64,000 bases of DNA, taken from positions 337,030-401,029 of the forward strand of contig JAGWHD010000001.1 of NCBI GenBank assembly GCA_028866995.1, given 5' to 3'. Shown one piece after another: positions 27,188 through 33,475 of this stretch (positions are counted from its first letter, which is position 1; the number at the start of each line of letters is the position of its first letter). The notes beneath the pieces are model-generated. The model made no database searches, was not told the DNA's origin, and saw only the letters and a program-made list of their open reading frames with translations. The stretch comes from Candidatus Micrarchaeota archaeon. Lineage in GTDB: Archaea; Micrarchaeota; Micrarchaeia; Micrarchaeales; CABMGC01. The position numbers and the translations under genes were made by a program.

Positions 27188-27721
27188 TCATCTATACGAC
27201 TTCTGGAACCTTGCCCTTGCCTTAGGCCCCCTGAACTTCTTTGGCTCGACCTTCCTGTAGTCGTCCACTATTAAGCTTCTGTCGTAATCAAGATATACCT
27301 TTCTCAGGCCCTCGTTTGAGAGCGCCAGCGCCTTGGCGAGCGCTGTCCTTGCTGCCTGCGCCTGCCCGTTGACCCCTCCGCCGTGGACGCTTATCTGTAT
27401 GTCCGATTCCTTCACTATCTCGGCTGCTGAGTCAGAGAGATGTACCGGCTCCATTATCAGCTCCCTTATCTCCTTAGGCTTAAGCAGGTCTATGTTCCTC
27501 CCGTTTATCCTTATCCTTCCATTTCCTGACTTGAGAGATGCCCTGGCGACTGCGTTCTTCCTCCTGGCCTTGGACTGCAGGACCTTCTGCTTGGCCTTGG
27601 CTACCTTGCCCTTCCTCTTCGGAGCGGTCTTCTTAGCCTCTCTCTTCTGTACCGCCTTCTGGGGCAGTACAGCCTCGAGCTCCTTGTCAAGATTCTCTAA
27701 TCCCTTGTCTGCCATGATCAT
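27188..27721 (-). CDS. rps9: 30S ribosomal protein uS9 with a ~48-aa basic N-terminal extension
   Basis: 177 aa. Core from [26 protein letters not shown] to C-terminal [12 protein letters not shown] overlaps the rpl13 stop (ATGA). Confidence 0.9.
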   Translation of the reverse strand: MIMADKGLENLDKELEAVLPQKAVQKREAKKTAPKRKGKVAKAKQKVLQSKARRKNAVARASLKSGNGRIRINGRNIDLLKPKEIRELIMEPVHLSDSAAEIVKESDIQISVHGGGVNGQAQAARTALAKALALSNEGLRKVYLDYDRSLIVDDYRKVEPKKFRGPKARARFQKSYR

Positions 27722-28161
27722 GCGCCCTTGTATCCCAGGTTCGCCGTAAGCTCCTTGACTGAGATGACATTCTCGTATATCTCGTTCACCTTCTTGGACT
27801 CTATCTTGTGCGCCTTGGCGCCCTGGAAAGATTCCGGAACTGATATGTATACGCGCAATTTCTTGAAGGCCTCCTTGCCCCTGGGCTTCTTGTACGGCAG
27901 CATTCCCCTGACTATCCTCTTGACGAAGAGGTCCGGCCTCCTTGACCAGTACGGCGAGTGCTCAGGATTGGCCTTGTCCTTGAGCTCCACGAGCCTCTTG
28001 TATTTCTCAACTATGTTCCGCTTGTGCCCTGTTATGAGCATGCTCTCTGAGTTGAGTATTATCACGTTGTTCCCCTGGAGCAGCAGCTTCGCCACCTGGC
28101 TCGCAGCCCTTCCGAGGACCTGCTCCTTCCCGTCTATAACATAATCGGTCATGGTCGTCAC
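27718..28161 (-). CDS. rpl13: 50S ribosomal protein uL13
   Basis: 147 aa. VIDGKEQVLGRAASQVAKLLLQG..., MLPYKKPRG. Confidence 0.9.
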   Translation of the reverse strand: MTTMTDYVIDGKEQVLGRAASQVAKLLLQGNNVIILNSESMLITGHKRNIVEKYKRLVELKDKANPEHSPYWSRRPDLFVKRIVRGMLPYKKPRGKEAFKKLRVYISVPESFQGAKAHKIESKKVNEIYENVISVKELTANLGYKGA

Positions 28162-28505
28162 ACTATTATCCTTGCGTCTCCCTTTGCGATCTCTGCTATC
28201 CCCACTATGCTCGATTTGGATTCCTTTAGCTTAGCGAGAGCGCTTTCCGAGTAGTCCACTGCGCTAATCCTTATCTTCTTCGTGAGCGTGCCATCCCCGA
28301 GTACCTTGCCAGGGACTATTATGCTCTCCCCGTCCTTGGACAGCAGGTCGAGCTTGTTGAGGTTGACCTTTATCCTGGACCTCTTCGGCATGCTGGCTAT
28401 GGCCTGCAGCCTGGCTGCCAGCTTGCGCTTCTTCTCGTCCTTGCTCAGCTCCTGTAGGGCGTCAAGCCATGCATTTACCTTGTCGTTCTCTTTCATGCCT
28501 CTCAT
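28158..28505 (-). CDS. rpl18e: 50S ribosomal protein eL18 (L18e)
   Basis: Start taken at MRGMKEND. The track's first 14 aa overlap the tRNA-Leu. RSRIKVNLNKL...VPGKVLGDG pattern. Confidence 0.8.
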   Translation of the reverse strand: MRGMKENDKVNAWLDALQELSKDEKKRKLAARLQAIASMPKRSRIKVNLNKLDLLSKDGESIIVPGKVLGDGTLTKKIRISAVDYSESALAKLKESKSSIVGIAEIAKGDARIIV

Positions 28506-28522
28506 TTTCACGCAACTCTTTA

Positions 28523-28609
28523 TGCGGGGGGTGAGATTTGAACTCACGCAAGCCCTAAAGCTACAGGAACCTCAATCCTGCGCATTTGGCCAAGCTCTGC
28601 CACCCCCGC
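28523..28609 (-). tRNA. tRNA-Leu (anticodon GAG), class II with long variable arm
   Basis: Acceptor GCGGGGG/CCCCCGC, anticodon stem CAGGA/TCCTG, loop TTGAGGT, 17-nt variable region, T-arm GTGAG-TTCAAAT-CTCAC, discriminator A. 87 nt. Confidence 0.88.
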
Positions 28610-28610
28610 T

Positions 28611-29180
28611 TTATTTCTTCATCTGCTTGTATACCTCCTTGACGTTGTTGCTTATTATATTTACTGCCCTGCCAAGGATCTCCGTGGGTGGCATCTGGCC
28701 GAAGGTCTCTATGTAGAATTCAAACTCGTTTTCAGCGTTCATCTTGTAGGTAACTACACCAGGCTGGAACTTTGCGTTGGTCGTTGCGTCCTTCACTACA
28801 GCCTTGCAGTCCAGCCTGAGCCTCTGGTTCTCCGCCAGCTTCATTATCGGTATCCTCTCGTTCGCGACCTCTATGCCCTTGTCGTTGCTCTCAAGCGCCT
28901 TGGAGTATACTGTGCCGGGGCCCTCGGCTGTCAGCGAGAAGACGACCTCGTCGCCTTCAGAATAGTCCTTGGGCGTCGTTATCGGCACCTGCCCTATCCT
29001 GTGCGCTACGTACTCGTCCATCATTGTGCTCGAGTTCTCGTAGAACGTGACGTTGTCTATCGCCAGGCACGGAACGCTGTTTATCATCGCCCTCCTGAGG
29101 GCGTTTGCTGTCGTGTAGGTCGCGCCGCTAAGCTTGAACCTGAGCGAACTCTTGTTGCTTTCTATTACGCTAATCTTCAT
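28611..29180 (-). CDS. rpoD: RNA polymerase subunit D (Rpo3)
   Basis: Start at MKISVIESNK. ANALRRAMINSVPCLAID motif. The stop codon is 1 nt from the tRNA-Leu 5' end. Confidence 0.85.
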   Translation of the reverse strand: MKISVIESNKSSLRFKLSGATYTTANALRRAMINSVPCLAIDNVTFYENSSTMMDEYVAHRIGQVPITTPKDYSEGDEVVFSLTAEGPGTVYSKALESNDKGIEVANERIPIMKLAENQRLRLDCKAVVKDATTNAKFQPGVVTYKMNAENEFEFYIETFGQMPPTEILGRAVNIISNNVKEVYKQMKK

Positions 29181-29333
29181 GATAACCAGCAAAATAAGGC
29201 TGTTAGACGATAGCAGATAGTTATCCACAAGAACATATTTAAAGATTGGGTTGCCCTCGCAGCTGTGGCGAATAGCGGAAGTGCGGCACGTATCCTGCCT
29301 TATAAACGTTCCGATTTTGGGGATAAGATTTAT

Positions 29334-29357
29334 ATTATAATGTTATTACATTATAAT
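29334..29357. promoter_or_regulatory. 10-bp perfect inverted repeat overlapping the TATA region of the TauE-like gene
   Basis: ATTATAATGT-tatt-ACATTATAAT, ending 16 nt before ATG 29374. Confidence 0.45.
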
Positions 29358-29373
29358 ACATTAGGCGTTTGGA

Positions 29374-30207
29374 ATGAACAGCACCGTGTTCGGTCTGAGC
29401 TTCGTGCTTGCGGTCGTGCTGCTCGCGTACTCCGTCTTCTACGCTGGCAACGATGTGTACTGGGTGTTCGCTGTGGCAGCGATAGGGTTCTTCCTCGGGT
29501 TCCTCGATACCTCTATGGGCATGGGATACGGCACCGTGGGCACCCCAGTGCTGCTGCTGTTGGGATTCTCGCCGAAGGTGGTGGTGCCTTCGATACTGAT
29601 ATCGCAGTTCGTAGCGGCTTCGATAGGCGCTGTGAAGCACCACAGGTTCAGGAACATGGACCTCACAGACACTAAAGGCAACGACTTCAAGCTCGCGGTC
29701 CTCTTCCTTGCCGCTGGAATTGCCGGCGCGGTCGTTGGGGTGTATGCCGGGGTGAAGTTGCCGAAGCTTTACGTCACCACGTACATAGGATTGCTCGTGA
29801 TGGTCATGGGAATCCTCGCCATAGTGAAGTTCAGGTTTAGGTTCTCATTCCTGAAGGCGGGGATTCTCAGCCTGATCAGCAGCTTCAACAAGACCATAAG
29901 CGGCGGAGGATACGGCCCTGTCCTTACAATGGGGCAGATAATATCAGGCAACGGCATCAGGAACTCGGTGGGCATAACCATATTCACTGTCGCTGTCATA
30001 AACCTGGTCGGTTTCTTCCTCTACAACTACATCGGTGGGGCTTTGGCCCTGATGGTCCCGCTGTCGCTGTCCGTCGGGGCGATGCTGGGCGCCCAGATAG
30101 GCCCCGGCTTCACGAGGAACATGAAGACAGGGAGGAACCTGACTCTCTTCGGCATCATAACGCTGCTGCTCGGCGCCTTCACCATCGCCGCTTTCTTCAT
30201 GAAGTAG
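29374..30207 (+). CDS. TauE/SafE (DUF81) family anion exporter-like membrane protein
   Basis: 277 aa, about 8 TM. GMGYGTVGTP and SGGGYGPV motifs in the two halves. Confidence 0.8.
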   Translation: MNSTVFGLSFVLAVVLLAYSVFYAGNDVYWVFAVAAIGFFLGFLDTSMGMGYGTVGTPVLLLLGFSPKVVVPSILISQFVAASIGAVKHHRFRNMDLTDTKGNDFKLAVLFLAAGIAGAVVGVYAGVKLPKLYVTTYIGLLVMVMGILAIVKFRFRFSFLKAGILSLISSFNKTISGGGYGPVLTMGQIISGNGIRNSVGITIFTVAVINLVGFFLYNYIGGALALMVPLSLSVGAMLGAQIGPGFTRNMKTGRNLTLFGIITLLLGAFTIAAFFMK

Positions 30208-30248
30208 GATGCCCAATGTTTTTATAGAATGCATGATACATCCTATCC

Positions 30249-30845
30249 ATGGACATGTGGCAGCAGTACATGGGGTTTGTTGAGGGGCAGCTGGGAAGCA
30301 GGCCAGTGCTGCTCAGGAACGGACAGCGCTGGAACAGCTCCATTGCGCAGATACAGGACAGGTCGGTTGAGCTCGAGAAGGGAGCGGTATCAAGGGACTA
30401 CACCGAGTTCGGTAGGTATATAATAGCGAAGAACCTGACATTCGATCTCTTCGTATCGCTTTACGATGTAAATACAAGGAGGTGCGTTGCGCTGAGGCTT
30501 GCGGACCAGATGCCGCAGAAGGAGCTCGACGCAGCCATTGCGCCGCTCAAGAGGCTTCCGAGGCGCAACGTAGAGATGCGCGCAATAGGGATGCAGGATG
30601 GGCATGCGCCGCAGGCTCCTGTTCTGGACCATGTGAGAAGGGCATTGCATTGCAGGCTGATGGAAGCTGACATGTTCGGTACCGATGTGAGGCACGTAGC
30701 GGTCGACCTTAAGACAGGGGCATCGTACAACCTGCTGCTGCTCAACAGGATATACAGGCCTGGAGAGCTGAAGAACCAGCAGACCTACGAGCAGTTCGTG
30801 CAGCAGATCGGCTCAAAGGCTCCTGGAAAACAGGGTAGTGTATAA
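30249..30845 (+). CDS. Hypothetical protein (weak CheD-like Cys-hydrolase resemblance)
   Basis: 198 aa. RRCVALRLAD and EMRAIGMQDG...ADMFGTDVRHVAVDLKTGASY loosely match the CheD pattern. Low confidence in function. Confidence 0.5.
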   Translation: MDMWQQYMGFVEGQLGSRPVLLRNGQRWNSSIAQIQDRSVELEKGAVSRDYTEFGRYIIAKNLTFDLFVSLYDVNTRRCVALRLADQMPQKELDAAIAPLKRLPRRNVEMRAIGMQDGHAPQAPVLDHVRRALHCRLMEADMFGTDVRHVAVDLKTGASYNLLLLNRIYRPGELKNQQTYEQFVQQIGSKAPGKQGSV

Positions 30846-31352
30846 GGGGCCATCGGGAGTAAGCACGCTCTTCTTTATGAAAAGCTCAGGATTTCCGAAG
30901 GAGCCGAAGTCCATGGAGCCGATCCTTTCAATTGCGCCTTCAATCTTCTTCGTGTCGGCGCCATGCTTTACGCGCGCTATGGTTACGTGGGGCGTGAATA
31001 ACCTGCCCTCGGTTCGCATCCCCGCTTCCCTGAGCTTTCTGGAGAGGTCATCGTATATGGAAATAATCTCCGCGCTGCCGATTCCGATCTTAAGGTACAC
31101 GACATGCGGATCCTTGCCGCCGAATGCTCCTGCGCCTTCTATTGATATGCTGAAGCTGCTGTGCTTTACTGACTCCATGATGCTTTCCAGCATCTCCAAC
31201 TTGCCCTCCTCGACATCCCCAAGGAAGTGCAGCGTTATGTGAAGCGCTTCCCTCTTCACGAGTACGATGCCAGGTCCTTCCAGCAGCCTCTCCGCGTCGA
31301 TTATCCTGTCCTTGACGCTTTCAGGAATGCCGAGCCCGATGAACGCTCGCAT
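30813..31352 (-). CDS. 2H phosphoesterase (LigT/ThpR, RNA 2',3'-cyclic phosphodiesterase / 2'-5' ligase family)
   Basis: 179 aa. Two H-x-T-x motifs (HITLHFLG and HVTIARV). Confidence 0.85.
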   Translation of the reverse strand: MRAFIGLGIPESVKDRIIDAERLLEGPGIVLVKREALHITLHFLGDVEEGKLEMLESIMESVKHSSFSISIEGAGAFGGKDPHVVYLKIGIGSAEIISIYDDLSRKLREAGMRTEGRLFTPHVTIARVKHGADTKKIEGAIERIGSMDFGSFGNPELFIKKSVLTPDGPLYTTLFSRSL

Positions 31353-31390
31353 GCCTTATAAATAATCTCTTCTCATTAATCTTTGTTGCT

Positions 31391-31720
31391 ATGGCCACTA
31401 TTGATGAGTTCTCAGCCATCGACATGCGCGTCGGGATGATCGTCGATGTGGAGGAGCACGCTGCAGCGAGGAAGCCGATGTACAAGCTCACTGTTGACTT
31501 TGGTGCAGAGATAGGGAAAAGGACGATCGTGGCAGGGATAAGGAGCCTGTATTCGATGGAGGAGCTGCTAAACAGGAAAATCGTCTGCGTCGTAAACCTA
31601 GAGCCCAAGTCCATAGCAGGAGTTGAGTCGCAGGGAATGCTCCTTGCCGCTGGCGACGAGAGCAACATATCCATACTGGTGCCGTACAGGGACATAGAGA
31701 TAGGGAGCAGGGTACGCTGA
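31391..31720 (+). CDS. Stand-alone tRNA-binding OB domain (Trbp111/CsaA-like)
   Basis: 109 aa. FSAIDMRVGMIVDVEEH...KLTVDFG...VNLEPKSIAGVESQGMLLAA. Confidence 0.85.
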   Translation: MATIDEFSAIDMRVGMIVDVEEHAAARKPMYKLTVDFGAEIGKRTIVAGIRSLYSMEELLNRKIVCVVNLEPKSIAGVESQGMLLAAGDESNISILVPYRDIEIGSRVR

Positions 31721-31724
31721 TTTC

Positions 31725-32267
31725 ATGATAATCTGCTTGACTGGAATGCCAGGATCTGGAAAGACCGAGGTAGCCAAGATGCTGGAGGACAGGGGCTTCA
31801 GGGTGTTCGAGATGAGCGGCGTGATAAAGGAGATGATGCGCGAGAAGGGCATCGAGATAAACGTCAAGAACATCGAGGACTTCGCGATGGGCTCAAGGAG
31901 GGAGCAGGGCATGGACATCTTCGCTGTAGAGCTGGCGAAGCGCATAAAGGTAAGGAAGGGACAGGACGTGCTCATATCCGGGATGAGGAACATGGACGAG
32001 TTCGCGTACCTGAAAAGATCCTTCAAGAGCATGGTGATAATAGCGCTGGCGGCTCCGAAGAAGATACGCTTCCAGAGGCTTAGGAAGAGGGACCTCAAGC
32101 ACGTCATAACCTACAAGGAGTTCGTATACAGGGAGAAGACGAACATGAAGGAAGGCATAGAGGGCGCGCTGAAGCACGCAGACTACATAATACTGAATAC
32201 TGGCTCTTTCGCGGAGCTCAAGAGGAGCGTCACATACCTTCTTGAGAGCCTCCGGGCAGGTGAATGA
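31725..32267 (+). CDS. P-loop nucleotide kinase-like protein (archaeal UPF0200/dephospho-CoA-kinase-like)
   Basis: 180 aa. Walker A LTGMPGSGKTEVAKML. 4 nt after the tRNA-binding gene. Confidence 0.7.
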   Translation: MIICLTGMPGSGKTEVAKMLEDRGFRVFEMSGVIKEMMREKGIEINVKNIEDFAMGSRREQGMDIFAVELAKRIKVRKGQDVLISGMRNMDEFAYLKRSFKSMVIIALAAPKKIRFQRLRKRDLKHVITYKEFVYREKTNMKEGIEGALKHADYIILNTGSFAELKRSVTYLLESLRAGE

Positions 32268-32270
32268 CCG

Positions 32271-32873
32271 ATGGCCAAGGTGCCGCCGTTTGCGTTCGTT
32301 GGGAAGTTCGCTTCAGGCAAAGGCATTTATGCTGACAGCCTCATGCAGCTCCTAGAGTCGGGGTTTTCAATTAAGGTGTACAAGGTACCATCTTTTTCAG
32401 CAAAGATAAAGGAGATTGCGGCTGACCTTTTTGACGAGGAGACGGCCAACGACAGAACAGTTTGGCAGGCGATAGGGAACATGATGCGCGAGATCGACAG
32501 GAAGGTGTGGGCCAACGTGCTCATACGGAAGATACTGGAGAACGGAGCGGATAGCTTCGTGGTGGAGGGATTCAGGGATGTCGAGGAGCTCATGGCGTTC
32601 AGGGAGAGGTTCCCCGAGATGATAGTCATAGGAATAGACGCGAGCTTTGAGAGGAGGATTGATGCCTACAGGAAGAAGTACGGCAAGGAGCCAACCAAGG
32701 AGCAGCTTGAGCACAATACCGAGAAAGCTATAGAGATGATGCCTGTGGACATGGTGCTGGTCAACGATTACACTACAGGGACAATGAAGGCGCAGTTGGA
32801 GAGCATAGTGTCTGCGCTTAAGGCAGGCACTATGCACGAGTTCCTACAGAGCAATAAAAGAAGCCTTCGCTAG
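32271..32873 (+). CDS. Paralogous kinase-like protein with degenerate Walker A (GKFASGKG)
   Basis: 200 aa. VEGFRDVEELMAFRERF..MIVIGIDASFERRI aligns with ISGMRNMDEFAYLKRSF..MVIIALAAPKKIRF of the preceding ORF. Confidence 0.55.
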   Translation: MAKVPPFAFVGKFASGKGIYADSLMQLLESGFSIKVYKVPSFSAKIKEIAADLFDEETANDRTVWQAIGNMMREIDRKVWANVLIRKILENGADSFVVEGFRDVEELMAFRERFPEMIVIGIDASFERRIDAYRKKYGKEPTKEQLEHNTEKAIEMMPVDMVLVNDYTTGTMKAQLESIVSALKAGTMHEFLQSNKRSLR

Positions 32874-33223
32874 CCATATACCACCATTTTGCTGCTGCTT
32901 TTGGCGTTAGCTAACTGCTTCGCCTGCTGCCTTGGAACAGCGGTCGCCATTCCGCTCCTCAGCAGCTGCATACCCTTCTCTGTCAGACCCAATGGCTTCT
33001 GCTCCTCACCCTTCTCGGTGAAGTCCACCATCCCACCCTTCTTCAGTTTCTTCAGCGCATACCAAACCCCGCTGGCGCTCTTGTCGTACCTGTATGAGAA
33101 TGCGTTCACGAATTCAGTTGCAGTAGGATATTCGTTGAGGCCGATGGCGTATATGACGTCCATGTCGCCATCGCTGACTCTAAGGCTTTCAGAATTATCC
33201 ATAAATTTGGTTAGAGCTTGCAT
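32870..33223 (-). CDS. Small winged-helix DNA-binding protein
   Basis: 117 aa. SGVWYALKKLKKGGMVDF..GLTEKG pattern (recognition helix plus wing). Confidence 0.6.
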   Translation of the reverse strand: MQALTKFMDNSESLRVSDGDMDVIYAIGLNEYPTATEFVNAFSYRYDKSASGVWYALKKLKKGGMVDFTEKGEEQKPLGLTEKGMQLLRSGMATAVPRQQAKQLANAKSSSKMVVYG

Positions 33224-33261
33224 AAGAACACCGGAACAAAAAAAGATTTTTTGTTCTTATG
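33221..33261. promoter_or_regulatory. 10-bp perfect inverted repeat spanning the wHTH start codon
   Basis: CATAAGAACA (33221-30, contains the ATG on the minus strand) and TGTTCTTATG (33252-61). The A/T-rich spacer can also form AACAAAAAA/TTTTTTGTT. Confidence 0.45.
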
Positions 33262-33367
33262 CAGCACAGTTGTCTATGAGGACGTAATTGGTCGTCTTCA
33301 TAGCTATGACTATCAATGAGATCGGCATCCAGACGAATCTGGCGATACTTTCACCAATCCTAGCCAT
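33257..33367 (-). CDS. Candidate 36-aa small hydrophobic protein
   Basis: ATG 33367...TAA 33257, MARIGESIARFVWMPISLIVIAMKTTNYVLIDNCAA. TTTATA (33390-95 on minus) lies 22 nt upstream. Below the ORF-track size cut-off. Confidence 0.3.
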   Translation of the reverse strand: MARIGESIARFVWMPISLIVIAMKTTNYVLIDNCAA

Positions 33368-33475
33368 AGTTTACCCTTTCCAAACATACTATAAATGCTT
33401 CAGGTATATAAATCTTCTCTAAAGATTCCGTTCCTCCACATTAAAATATTGCGCATGAGATAGTCTAACGGTTCG

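Noticed and set aside
29181-29228. 16-aa N-terminal extension of RpoD (MDNYLLSSNSLILLVI).
   Set aside because: The conserved Rpo3 N-terminus starts at MKISVIESNK. The extension is hydrophobic and covers the likely promoter region.
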